The notes under the pieces: generated by a model
What the model was told of the DNA's origin: nothing
Database searches by the model: none
Seen by the model: only the letters and a program-made list of their open reading frames with translations
DNA from: Syncephalis fuscata S228
Lineage: Eukaryota > Fungi > Zoopagomycota
Assembly (NCBI GenBank): GCA_025786725.1
Contig: JAHLTZ010000041.1
Location: 1 to 64,000 of the forward strand
Direction: 5' to 3'
DNA: 64,000 nucleotides
Part shown: piece after piece, positions 12,501 through 26,605 of the stretch
Layout: each line of letters opens with the position of its first letter
Position numbering within the stretch: the stretch's first letter is position 1
Made by a program: the position numbers and the translations under genes

Positions 12501-15444
12501 GTGTTAGCGATTATCAAAAGCTTTTACAAACTGTGTTATATTTACAACGTCGTCGACGTGCTTTGATTGCTATGCGCCGAACAAGATCTACCTATCAACA
12601 AACAATTGGTGGCATTTGTGCCATTCAAGCATTAATTCGTGGTCAACAAGCACGTGAACGTACAAAGACGATGCTTAAGGCTATTACTGGTATACAAGCA
12701 CATATCCGTCGATGGAATGTACAACAGTGCTATAGACAGCAATATGAAGCGGCCGTGCTTATTCAGAAAATATGGCGTGGATTCCATGAACGCAAACAGT
12801 ATCATAATGTGTTAGGAGCAGCTCGTACAATCCAATTACAATGGCGTGCCGTACAACAAGGACGTGCTTTAAGAAGTCAATTAGCTATGCAGCATAAAGC
12901 TGCAACTGCTATTCAAGCATGCTACCGTGGCTGGCGTACACGCTACCACGTATCTGTTTACCAACAAGCAGTACGTGTTATAGAACAGCGCCGATGGGAA
13001 ACACTACAGGCCCGACGACAACAACAAGCTTATATTAGCTTGAAGCACGCAACGCTAATTATACAACGTCGCTGGCGAGCAACGCTATATACAAGACAAG
13101 TACGCAGTATGTATTTATCTTGGCAACATGCCGCCATTACTGTGCAGCGATTTGTTCGGGGCTATCAAGTTCGTTCCCGACTTGCTTATCTTCGTAAAGC
13201 AGTGGCAGTGGTTGAACAGCGACGCTCACAACTATTACAGGCCAATCAAGAAAGACGTGCATTTGTACAATTGCGTTCTATTACTACTCGACTACAACAA
13301 CGCTGGCGTGCTATTTTATTAGGAAGACAAGAACGAGTACAATACTTGCGTTACAATGGGCCAGTATTAAAATACAATCCGTATTTAAAGGCTACCGTGT
13401 ACGACAAGCCATCAATAGTTTAAGAGTAAGCGTACGCACGGTTGAAATGTATAGAAGTGCACAGTTACAAGGTCGTGAACAACGACACGATTATCTTGCC
13501 CTTCGATCGGCCACCATTTATGTACAACGACGTTGGCGAGCCATATTAGCAGGTCGGGAAACTCGACAACAATGGCAACTATATCAATGGGCCAGCCAAA
13601 CTATCCAGCGCCATTACCGTGGCTATCGTGTACGATATCAACTGGCTGCACTACGCTCAAGCGTTGCCATTATTGAAGCACGCCGATCTGCTTTACTAAT
13701 GACTCGACAATGTGAAGCACAGTATCAAACATTGCGTCGAGTGGTTATTAATATGCAACGACGTCGTCGGGCAACAGCTGTTGCTTGTCAGGTACAGGCG
13801 GAATATCAAGTAGTAAGATGTAGTATTATTGGTATTCAATCATTTATTCGTGGTCAATTGGCACGAGAAATGACTCAGCAACAAAGGGCGGCCACTTGTA
13901 TTCAAGCAGCCTATCGAGGCCATCGTCAATTTATGGCATACCAACGTTTGTACGAAGCAACACTACAAGTGCAACGACGCCGACGTGCTCTATTGGCTGG
14001 CAGATGTGCACGCGCTGAGCTAGAGCAATTGAAATGGGCCACACAAGTATTACAATCACAATGGAGAGCACGTCAAGTAGGACATGCTGTTAGACAAGAA
14101 TATATCGTGGCAAAACAGGCTATTAACGGAGTCCAGGCTTTAATACGTGGCTATAATGCACGCCAATGTATTGAACAAGAACGGGAAAAACTAGCGTTTA
14201 TTGTTCAATTACAAGCCATTAGTCGAGGCTATTTAGTACGACTGGCTGGCCAGCAACAACAACAAGCAGCAACTTGTATTGCAGCCGCTTATCGTGGCCA
14301 TGTTCAACGGCAAGCTTATCTAGATTTACAACAATCAGTCATTGGTCTACAAACGTATTACCGTGCTCAATGTGCCCGCCAATTGCATCAACAATTGGTG
14401 CAGGAACGAGAAGAACGATGCGAGGCCATTTGTGTCTATATTCAAGTTCAAAATGCTGCTCGAACTATTCAACGGGTCTATCGTCGCCGTTTACATGCAG
14501 CACAGCTAGAACGTATTGAATCAGCACGACAATTAGCCGCTGTACAAGTACTACAATTCCACGCTCGTGGCTGGCTAGAGCGTATACGTTATCTACGTTT
14601 AATACGGGCTATTCGGTCCTTCCAATCGGTATGGCGTGGCTATAGAGTTCGTAAAAAACATCACGCCAAGTACGTATTGCACGTGCCCGTATCGAAAAGG
14701 CCAATGCCAATGTTCAAGAGGATATGCGTTTGATCAATCGTACCACGGTGGCTATTGAAACTATTCTAGGCAGTCGTCGACTTACCGATGTAATTCATGC
14801 GTGTATTCATTTAGGTAAGCCATACTATTTTATTATAAAATTAAACTAATCAATAGCAATACATTATAATAGAGGTTGCAACACGTTGGTCGCGCGAGTG
14901 TCGACGCCGTTTACTTGATCACAATGTAGTCGGTGTTATGCTGTCGACTATGAGTTCATGTAATCAGAGTGCACCGCACAAAAGACTATTAATGCATGCT
15001 TGTCGCACATTACAACACTTGGCGACTGATCCACAGTGTATGGAAGCAGTACTTCCCAATCCAGCTGCCGTTGATGTAATGATTGATTTACTAAAAGTAT
15101 ATCAGCGAAAATACGAAGATGCCGAGCTATTTAAATCTATCGCCCAAATTTTCTTGCTTATTACCTGTGAGCCTCAGTGTTGTAGGGTAGGTTAAAATCA
15201 TGTAATATTTGCCATGACACAACTAACGCTATTTAATTTATTCTAGCCTATACTGCGTACGGTGAACGCAGTTAGACGAATGCACGAGATTCACGTACTT
15301 GCAAAAAAACGACACGAAAGAGAAGTGGCCACTAGCACGGCTGCATCGACCGATAAGCAAGCACAATTAAAGAAACAAGCAAAAGCGCTTGATATGCTTG
15401 GTACAGCCATTGGTACATTAAAGGATTTAATGGCTAATCGTTAA
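9551..15444 (+). CDS. ASPM: Abnormal spindle / ASPM-like protein (CH domains, long IQ array, C-terminal helical region); multi-exon with two apparent 1-nt frameshifts
   Basis: [80 protein letters not shown], then dozens of IQxxxRGxxxR motifs. Confidence 0.85.
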
Positions 15445-15729
15445 TCTTTTACATTTTCATTGTTCTCTATATTCATACTGCCATTAATAATAAACATTGT
15501 ATATAGCTAGAAATAGATGGATAGATAGATAGACACATGTGTGTGTGTGTGCCTAAAGACGTAAGCCTCTTTGTTTATTATTTACAAAGTCATCGACAAA
15601 TTGGTTTATTCAATTCAAGACAATTTAGTAAAACGATAGCCATGCTGAACATAAGCAAAGTAGAAAGCTATACTATGGCCACTTAGTAATACTAGTTCCA
15701 TAACACATAACGCGTATATAGTCGTGTGA

Positions 15730-17828
15730 CTAAATCCGTTGCGGTTTAACCATATACTTGCTGGCTCTAGGACGTAGAATAAACCAATTGACAGGAGTCA
15801 TATCGTTATCTGGCATAGCAGTAAAGTCGAATCGGCGTACCAATTCAGCAACCGTTAAGCGAATCTCCATCCAAGCCAAACTTTAACGCTAGCGTTATTA
15901 TATATTCATCAATACTTTCAACTACTTACTTGCGGCCAATACAGCTTCGTGGACCCATGGAAAATGGTAAAAAGTATTGCTTCATTTCAGCTAGCTTCTC
16001 AGGTGTAGTAAACCATCGTTCTGGCTTAAATACCGTCGGGTCGGGATAAACATCTTCATTAAAGTAGAGTGCATTTAATGAAATTGATATAGTAGTCTAG
16101 ATATATTTGTTAGCTGTATAGTCAATCTAGCATATGATTTTACTTACTCCACCGGGTAGGAAATCGTCACCAAGTGTCACGCCTTCTTTGGGGATTAAGC
16201 GAGATAGACCATAAGGCACGATAGCCCGTATACGTAATGCCTCATGAAGTAAGGCATCGAGATACGGCAGCGATTGAAGTGCCTCATTCGTTGGCTTGAC
16301 ACTTAAATCGGGATAAGCCGTTAATATTTCATCTCGTAGTTTCTGCAAACACGCTGGATGTTCCACCAATAGGTATACAATCCTAATAGATATACATGGT
16401 TAATTTAACTAAGTGGCCATAATAAATGACTATACACTTACCAAGTCAGTGATAATGCTGTTGTATCAGTACCGGCAATCCTATTAAATAATTAGTTAAC
16501 TAATATTCCATTTGATTGTGATCTAATTATACGTGCATTAAAATCAACGTTTGAGCAATGATATCTTCATCGGACATAGTAGCCCCTGTCTCTTCATCGA
16601 CCGAGTCTATCAATTGCTGCAGCGTATCCTTTCGATCACTTTGACCTGAGTTGCGTCTCTTTTCAACTGTTTCATTGGCAAACTATTTATTATTGAATTA
16701 ATATATCTATACATGACTTTATTGCTACACTTGCCTTTAGTAACTTGTCAACTAATCTAGAATCACTTGGCGCAAAGGCTTGATGAAAGAAACGGCCAAG
16801 TAGCAATTTCTATAATAAAAGACCCCAATTAATTAACTCTCTATTTATTTAATAACATCGTCTACTTGCCTTGGTACCAACAGCTGTAGCAGCGTTCATC
16901 CATTTTACAATTGGAACACTATCTTTTGTTTCTGACAATAGATTAAACGATTTACCAAATGCCACTTCGCCAATAACATCCTATATGGCATGGTTAACAC
17001 TTGATCTATAACTGCCATACACGCAATACTAATTCATACTTACAAAAGTCATACAACTTAATAGATGCAGTATATCCATGGACTGTCCATCATCGACATA
17101 CTTGTCAATACGATCGATTAAACATGCAATACCGCTACTGTAGATCATTGGTTCGAGTTGTTCCAGTGCATTAGGTGAATAGGCAGGCAACATCAAGCGT
17201 TTCTGTCATTGACATTAGCTATTTCAAATAGTGGATTGATATGCCATTAAACGCACCTGTACTTTATGGTATTCAACATTTCTATTCATTAATTATAATT
17301 AAATCACTGTTTATTAAATAATAGTAATAATTGTAGTAATAATTGTCGTCATACCTGGTTGAAAATAAATTATCGCCGGCCAATTTAAAAGCATCAAATA
17401 TTTCACTTTTTCCAAATTTGTGTGTACTTAATAATCTCCGAACCATATGAATGTCCGACACCCAAACAGTGGTGGGTCCTATAATATAAATATAGATACA
17501 TTAAATTAAGTGTAATATAGCCCTTTGCTGTTGATGACATACCCGTGCGTACCAAAGAACCATATCGTTTATGCATGGCCACTACAATATAGGGATTCTT
17601 TGTAAAGAGCCGTACAAGCGTAATATGTATAATGCTAAGTATACTCGAACGTGGACCAGGGAGTTTTCGTAATGGACTGGTAAATTCATATTTAATAATC
17701 TATATGGCGTTAGACGTGTGTCATTTGTAAAAGCGACGCACCTTATCAAGAACGTATATAAGACCAATAGCCCCAATAAGCTTTGACCACGGTACCGTGG
17801 AAAGACTGGAAAGTGAGGTCGATGTCAT
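15730..17828 (-). CDS. Cytochrome P450 (many short introns)
   Basis: N-terminal membrane anchor; I-helix IAGTDTTA; ExxR (HEALR); FKPERW; heme motif FSMGPRSCIG. Confidence 0.9.
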
Positions 17829-18231
17829 AGTGGTATTGATAGTAAAGCGAAAGAGTTTAAAGGTCACAGTTCGGTAATTAAAACGGCTATTTACCGACAC
17901 GTACCACACATGCATATAAACATGCGTCATTACCATATTCATATTAATTCAAAGTACTAGTCTATTTATACACATAGCTTATAAGTATTTGAACATTTGA
18001 ATCTATTATGTGATTAAACTAGATAAAAGTACAAATTTGTAATTTATGTTAATGCCATTTAAACACATGCCTAATTAATTTTTGTATATTGAAAAAACAA
18101 CCAATAAAACGATGAATATAAGCATTGGCCAAGCCATTTATTTCATATTGCTATAAACATTATAAATCTAGTCTAATCTATTACTAATTATAAACGCTAT
18201 ACATGGGCGATTTATTAATTCAATATACGAT

Positions 18232-19760
18232 TTACGTTGCGGAAAGATTAGCTTTGGTCAAATTCATACACAATAGCATGGCATGTGTTTGCGCTTCATA
18301 GGTTTCAGCTAACTTGATAGCCGTATCATATAACTCGTAGCGTGTATCTTCTTGGTAAGTAATAAGTACCTAGTATCACATTTATTTTATATATTAATTA
18401 TTATATCTCTCGTATCTTCAATACTTTAGCCACGCACCTTTTCCTCGTCATCAACACGAGCAGTTAGCGTTTTGGTCGATATAAGATGGACCAATTCTCT
18501 AGTCAATGCCTCCAATGTATAGTAGTTGTCAAATGCTTCAACCATACGTGGTAATGAGACTCGCTGGAATGGTTTCACATACTGAACGAGTAATCGGCGT
18601 CGTATTTGCAAATAAAGATTATTGACATGTCCATGTAGATACATATCCAATAAAAAGTCATTCTAATGTACGTCATTTGCATACTTGTATAAGCTATAGG
18701 TCATTCAATAGCCGTATTTACTTACTCGCCACTGGTCTAAAAGCTTCATGCATTTATCGTATTTTGCATAGTATAACGCAAGAACCAGCTCGTGAACTTG
18801 TGGCTCCAATTCAAGATACTGACGGAAGTTTGGGTTATCAAGTACTTTCGTTTTAAGTTCTTGACGATCAAATGATGCCAGTGCACATAAGCCACCGTAA
18901 AGAGCAACATCATTCGCGGCAATAACATTCTCGTAATGAGCATTAGCTAGTGCACTAAAATTGATATCGGTCATAATCTGTGCCACTAAACGGTACTTAT
19001 TCGCCTCAAGTTTTGTAATAGCCAGACTTGCTTGTAGCTTTGCCATGGTTTCAGCATTATTTTGGGCATTTGGTGTTGATTGTGCCTTAGTAATTTGACT
19101 TGCTGCATGTGACATATTATTGATTTCATGACTGATTCGAATGACTGCCAAACAATTATCAACTGCCTGTGCAGCCGTGCTACAATATTCACGTGCCCGT
19201 AAATAATTCTTTAATGCATTGGCCAAATCACCATAAGAACATTGATGATCGGCCAATTCATGTAGACCAATCTACAAATAACATTAATATACATTATAAC
19301 TTAGATATCCCTTATCCATGTACTTACCCGAATGCTATCTTTAATCAAATTACTTTGGTAACTCTTTAAATCGGCCTGTAATTCATCAAATCGCCGTTTA
19401 ACTTTACTTTCGGTTTGCTCAATCCATTGTGTATCGACTTCCACTAATGGCTGGCCATGCGCTTCTAGTGCAGCATTGAGTTTTGGCACCAATAGTCTGT
19501 ATCGTTTTGTATTAAGTGTATTCGTCTTAATTTCAGCCAATGCTAAACGATAGGCATCAGTCTGTAGACTTGGGCAATGCTCAGCAATAAACACTAGACG
19601 TTCAATCTTTACAGCGCCTAATGTAACCATGTATACAACCATATACATATACATATACATATAAATCGTATTAATATCAACTATACTATACCATCCTTAA
19701 CTTACCTTGATAGTTCTCGGCATAGTTTTCCAAGATGAGATGTTGAGGTGCATCTACCAT
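18232..19760 (-). CDS. CSN1: COP9 signalosome subunit 1
   Basis: KIERLVFIAEHCP, LKSYQSNLIKDSIR, ALKNYLRAREYC, DVALYGGLCALASFDRQEL, C-terminal PCI domain. Confidence 0.9.
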
Positions 19761-20102
19761 TTTTACAATACGTTTACGCTTTGAATCTCCACCGTCAGTA
19801 TTGCTACGGTCCATACACGGTCAAGAGAGAGAGAGAGAGACACGCACACACACGTCGATTGTCCAAAATGACTATAGAGAACGATAAAACAAATAAAAAC
19901 TACTATTCACAACTAAAGACGTCTGCCTAGTCAGTCGTCAATAATAGCTGTCCAATAAAGAGAAGAAAGAAAGAGCGAGTGAGTAAATCAAGTAATGGGC
20001 ATAGACAACACACGTCACCGCCTTTGAAACGTTGTTACTTTTTAATCAATTAATATAAACACCATATTAATGAGTGGGTTATTACTATTTATTGTAATGA
20101 TA

Positions 20103-22118
20103 TCAATTATTTAAATGCTTAGTAATAGTACTAATCATTTGAGTACTCAATTGACCTGCTTCTTTTAAACGATCTTTAAAGAATGCCGATGTATCCTCGA
20201 AACGAAGTCGATATCCCTCCATATTGCCTAGAGCCACACATTGGGCCCAACCTTGAGCGGCAGAGTAAAACTATACCACTAATAAGTATTATGTAATAAA
20301 GGACGGCCATGCAACAGTAGCATGGTTATCGTTAGTACGTACATTCAAGTCCTCGCCACGGACACTTCTATCATATAAAGCAGCGTGTATTGAACTGGCT
20401 AACATGTCGTTGTCGTGGAACAAATACTCGACAATGCCCACCCAAAGACGGAAAGGTGGTGTCTGACAAATAAGATGGTCATATGGATTAATACGTAATG
20501 TATACCAACAATCCACCTATAATCAATAGCCGTTAGTTAAGTATTAGTAACATCAATATCCACCATAGTGTTTACCATGGCTAATAAAGAAAGATGAGAA
20601 TTTGGTTTACGTATTTCTTTGGGTACAGATGAAAGTGAAAATTGATCCAATATTTCATCTGATAATAGAATCTGTTTAGCACGTCGTTCTCCATTCTCTG
20701 CTATACCGAATACAAATTGAGCTGCCTAAGCCATAGTCTATAATTAACTAAATAGCTTTAATATACACGATATTACCTCATGAACACGCTTTTTAAATTC
20801 ATCGGCCCGTTCCTGGATCATTAGAGTAAATAATTCCGATACAGATCGTGCATATTGACTGATTTGTATTTTGGCACTTGGATTTAATAAAGCCAATCCT
20901 ATTGTTTGCATAAACGACTATAACAAATCGTGTCATGTTATTACCTGCATAGACGTGCCATTTACTGCCGTAGATACGTAGAGCCATATTAACTTTGACA
21001 TTCTCTATGCCTCCTACATAGGCATGCTCTTCCCACTACATAAACCATTAGTCATTGATATCGTAGGTTGACTCGTTAGTTACCGGAAATACTGACTGAG
21101 TCTTCCAAGCCGTCCCCATACTAAATAGATAAATGATATCAGTTATATGACATCAATTGATCAATAGCTTGTTAACAGTTACCTTAGAAATGCCACATGA
21201 GTGACCGCTTGTGTATCAGCTGTAATACTATTAAATAAATAAATAAAGTTACTTGCTTATAGGTAACAATATAGCAATAAACACTAATTACCGATCATGT
21301 TGTTCATAGGAGAGATAAACATGTTTTGCACCTAGACTACTAAGAATTCTAACTGCTAATTGATATTTATCTTCATCAGATCGATGTCGAATAATAACCT
21401 ACAGATATCGTAAATATCGTTATTAATATATAACTCACTAATAAATATTAAATATTATTTACAAGAGGTAGTCCAGATGGATCAATACCTGGCCCATGTA
21501 AAGAGTGACATGTAACAATTTGAACATCTTGTGGTAAATATTGTTCAAATGCTTTAATTTCAGGTGCTTTTACAGATGTCTATTTAATACTTAGTTTCTA
21601 TAAATTGTGCCACTATTCAGTATAACTTACCTGTCCTGCTACTATTGCGCCTACTTTAGTAGCTACAAACAATAGATACAATTACTCTATCTATTCCATA
21701 CTAACTCTACTTTAACAACTTACACGGACCATATTGGGCCACTACTTGAGCAATAAGTTCCGCTTCGACTGAGTAAATAATGAAATCACTACGACGTGCC
21801 ACTTCATGTCCATCGCGTAATACATGGATAGCCGTATGTTCTACGTCATGTATTAGTATATATTATACATATATATTATACATATACACTAAGTTATTCA
21901 ATTAAATGACTTACGTGCAAATTCCGAACATAGTGACGCGTATCGTGTTGGTAAATCACAAACATTCACGCTATTATATTTTATTAGCTAGACTACCACA
22001 TAAGTTAAACGGTGTCCGTTTACCGAAACCAACCGGTCTCTACAAATTTACGAGCATAGAGTCGGCCCATATCGCCAAACCCAATAATACCAATTTCTAC
22101 TGTGGTCTTTTCAGTCAT
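20103..22118 (-). CDS. TYR1: Prephenate dehydrogenase (NADP+), multi-exon
   Basis: IGIIGFGDMG Rossmann motif; TCHSLHGPGIDP; HDR..ADTQAVTH; YVGGIENVKVNMALRIYGSKWHVYAG; NSHLSLLAMVDCW. Confidence 0.9.
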
Positions 22119-22285
22119 GGTGTAAAGAAAATCAAAGAATAATAAAGGAAAACACAATAGTAGTAGTAGTAGTAGCAGCAGCCTACGTATTTGAATACCC
22201 TTTTAAACTTTTATTCTAAATAGTATCCCTGTTACTATTGCTATTAACCAAGAGAATTGATAGTGTGTGTGTGTGTGTATAAGCA

Positions 22286-23053
22286 ATGCAAGTAAACCAA
22301 CTTAAACCAAGCCGTGAATATGAGTTGGATACAGAAGACGAAGGCGTGGTACTTCAATTGGTAGAAGATCCCTCAGGTGCCTGGTAAGTCGTGGCAAATA
22401 TACTATTTAATATAATCGATAGTCACTTAGGCACCGGTGCTACCGTATGGGATGCAGGTATTGTTTTGGCGAAATATCTAGAGAAGCGCTGTCAAATAGC
22501 AATAACCTCAACGTCTAATCGTTATAGTCAACGACCGTTTCCTTGTCCGGTTCGTGCCGTTGAGTTAGGTGCGGGTACAGGTATTGTTAGTTTAGTATTG
22601 GCTCATTGTCTTGAGGCACGTCAACAACGACTACTATCCTCGATAGATGGAATAGATGAAGTCATCGTTACCGATAAATCAAATCTGATACCATTAATAC
22701 GCCATAATGCAAGTCTTAATTCATCAACATTAAAGCAATGTCAATTAACTGTACAAGCACTAGACTGGACTGAAGATAGTTCATTAGCAATAGCATCACC
22801 AATTGACATTATTCTACTGTCAGATACACTGTTTGATGCAACACTTTATGATCCATTACTAAAAACACTCAATCAACTTGCTGGTCCACAAACCGAAATT
22901 ATTCTGGCTTATGAACGACGTGAATTTGATCAAGAAGTACATTTTTTTGCTAAATTTGGTGAATTATTTACATTTCATGATATAAAACCACATGAATTAC
23001 ACGAAAATTGGCAAAGTGAAGATATTTATGTATTTAGCGCCAAACGTCGCTAG
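22286..23053 (+). CDS. METTL21/VCPKMT-like protein lysine methyltransferase (family 16)
   Basis: GTGATVWDAGIVLAKYL, VELGAGTG, LDW, DIILLSD motifs; short first exon from ATG 22286. Confidence 0.8.
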
Positions 23054-23056
23054 CTA

Positions 23057-26000
23057 TTAACGAAGCCATGCTTTAATTTCATCTAAAATGCCAATAATTA
23101 AAATAAATACTTGGTATTTGTCATCTACTTACTGCAAACAACAAGGAATCGGCCTTGTTTTTCACGGCCAATTGAATTGATCGTTTCATCAATACCAAGA
23201 ATACTGGCTGCCTCTCGAGGTGTGCCGCCCATATACAGCTGAGATTCATGTTATTAATTATCTAGCCTTAATCGTTGTATTCATCCACTTACTGTATTGC
23301 CAATAGAGACTAATAGGCGATAAATGGCTTCATCGTCGGTCACCTTCTTTAATGCCTATGAGCATTACATAGATTAGCACTATTACTTTAGCTGGTTATT
23401 TCAGACTATTTACCTGTCCTGCTGCGCTGATCAATTGCAGCATAGTTTCTTCGTCCTTGTGTGATAAGAATAAAATGGTAAAACTATTTATTGTTATTAT
23501 TGCGTTGATATTGGAATAAATTACGACAACTTACTTGAGTAGAACTGTTGCTTGAGCAATGGCAATTTGCTTATTTTGACTAAATTCATGGACATCTGCC
23601 ACTCCTGATATAATCTAATAATTTGATGTTATTAATGCTATTTACATTAACACGCTTATAATATTTACCTCTGAAGCGTGTTCCCGTAATTCTGCGTGAT
23701 TATCTGTTGGTTCAAATAAATTGGCCAACCAGCGAAGTGCCATTAACACATTGGTTTCCTCCACTTTAGTCGGTGTTAGTGATTGACCTGATTGCCAATT
23801 AACAAGTCCGGTAACCGAGGCAATTATTCTTGGCAATGAATGATCTCCAGATAGTCGTTTTGATAGCGGTGTATACAAAGCAATTAATCGCATAACATCC
23901 AATACTATAACCACTTATTAATATCCAATTAATACAGTTAACAAGTCTAATTACCTGGTAGTAAATGTTCACTAGGCCATTGACTACACAATTCAACTAC
24001 TAAATTGATATGTTCTTTTGAAATAGAATGTTGTCTTGGTTGTTCCAAACAGGCAAATATTTGATTAATCTTGGTTAAATTTTCATCACTTAACTAATTG
24101 CTATGTAAGAATATAGAAATATAGAAATCTAAATATATTAATACTTACTGTATTATTGACATGCGACTGATTGAATTCTAATAACTTGTTCTTCACTGCT
24201 ACTAAATTTGCTTGTTTAAAGCTTAATATAGTACTCTATATACACATATATATATATATCTGTTAATACAGCTGAATCAATTAACATTAATCACTTACTG
24301 TAGGTATAACACCAGTTGTAGTGGCTGCTCTTTTATTTGTCGCTGCTGTATCGCTGGTCTACAGTAACAAAGCCATTAATTACTACTAAATATGTATAAA
24401 TATTGGTTACCTGTGATTGGCCACCTGGAATATATCGACTGCCACCTATAAAAAGTCAGTATAGTTATTTAACTTATATAATAGACACTGTTTAGTAGCT
24501 TACCGGTAAATGGATCACTATAGCTTGTTTGGTTGGTTGTAGATTGCACACCGGCATTTCTTTCGATAAACTGCGCCACTTCATCCAAATACGTTTGAGG
24601 CAATTCATATTTATGAATAAACTTCTGAGCCGCCATATATGGATTTTCTAATTCACAAATAATTAGCAATATTCAGCTGGATTCATTTTAGTAGTTACCA
24701 GTTGTATTGTAAGGAAGTTTAAGAGCCGGAACACCTTCACCAATATCAACATCAAATACATGGTCGTATTCTTTGCCTTCATACAGCTGCTTTCGCTTAT
24801 CGCCTACCGCATCGACTACATCGCCTATTTTGATCCAGATACCTTCGGATAAACTCCACTAAATGTCGTTTAATCAATATATTACTTGTTTAATTCAATA
24901 CTATTTTACCTGATGTGCTTCTACACTGTTGCCCATACGAACCATAATCACTTGTTGATCTTTTTTGCCTATTGCACCCACATTAAAAGGCTAGAATTGC
25001 TACTACTTAAATATAAATATTACCAGGTTGCTGAAGTGCCTCAGGTCCTGGAAGCTTATTTTTATCTACATCACCTAGTTGTTTCTATTTGATGTCAAAC
25101 AAACATTCTCGACTATTGTCACTACTTACGAAGGAATGGCTTGTGAAGCCAACAATTGATTGTATTCCTAGTATTGACTGTTAGTCTACTGTTAAATAGC
25201 CAACTATTATTCATACCTCTAGCGCTGTTTCATTGGCAATCCGGTCAGGAGAACGTGAAATACACGTACAATCTTGTCACTGCCACCAGATACAAAATCA
25301 CCATTGGGTAGAGCTGCCACTGTCCAGACTGAAATACAAGGATGCATCAATACTTGTACACACTCTTGATCTAATTACAAATGCGTTAATTACTGGTATT
25401 AATAAGCTATGGCCTATACCTTTCCAAACTCTAACAGAACGATCTTCGCCGGAAGAGATGAATTCACCAGTCGGTAACACAGCAACAGCATATACAAATG
25501 ATGTGTGACCAGACAGCTCTCTTAAACATTCACCCTCCAATGACCATAGCCGTAGTGTACTAATATCCAATATACAATTAGCGCTAATAGTACAAATTGA
25601 ACTTGCCAAGCTACCTGTCATTACTGCAAGAAATAAATCCAACATTTGGTACAGCAGCTAAACCACGAACACAATCGTCATGTCCTTGAAGAATAGCAAC
25701 ACACTGTCCATCTCTCCAGCGTCGAATGGTCTTATCGGCCGATCCTATATTGTATTCATAGTATACCAATACTGCCATATTACATCCATCTACCTACCTG
25801 TAACTACTGACGCATCATCAAGTACCAGTACTGCCCAAACAGCTTGTGCATGACCCTCAAGTGTCCAGCTACACTGCCAGTTCTCCCATACCTTGCCGTA
25901 CTACATAACAAATAAGCGAATTATTGGTATAAATGCGTAAAAAACACGTATCCACACTTACCTGTCCCATGACCCACTTACAATCACGCCTAGTGGTGAA

Positions 26001-26495
26001 ACATGTAAAGCACATACATTATCCGAATGACCGGCCAACGTAAAAATTGGCTCAGCGTGACGGTCAGGTTCATAAATGTGAATAACTTTATCGCTGCCAC
26101 TACTAACGATAAGGCCTGTAATTTATCAGTTAATATTTATTGTTTAGAGCTAATATCAAATAGCAATCGCTGCATTCCTATGCTGTCTTACATACCTTTA
26201 GGATTGTCGGTAGAAGGCGGTATATAGGCAATAGCATTGACAAAGTTGGAATGACCAAGGTAGATATCGCCTTCCTGGAATTCCTCTGTATCTTTGCCTT
26301 TACTTGAGCGCAACCAGCTACGCACTGTCTTGTCGCGCGAGGCCGAGTAAATAGTTGTATCGCTGGCCGCCGTTACACCTCGCACCTACACCACTGGTCT
26401 ATTTATTGTTCTAGATGCAGACATTTACTTACGTCGTCTTCATGGCCGTGCAAAGAGGCAGATAGTTGAAACTGAGCAGTCTCCTTTAATGTCAT
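23057..26495 (-). CDS. DOA1: Doa1/Ufd3/PLAA (WD40-PFU-PUL), multi-exon
   Basis: [17 protein letters not shown]; WD40 repeats; [31 protein letters not shown] (PFU); PUL-like C-terminus. Confidence 0.9.
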
Positions 26496-26605
26496 AGTGG
26501 CAGTTGTAATGCGACAGTGGTAAGTGAATAAAGAAACAAGTGACGCAAGCAACTTTATCTACCGAAACAGTAGGAGAAATAGCGTCATAACAACGCCTTT
26601 TATTC

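Noticed and set aside
13340-14670. Programmed ribosomal frameshifting in ASPM
   Set aside because: No shared slippery motif; similar 1-nt losses occur in unrelated genes, which favours sequencing error
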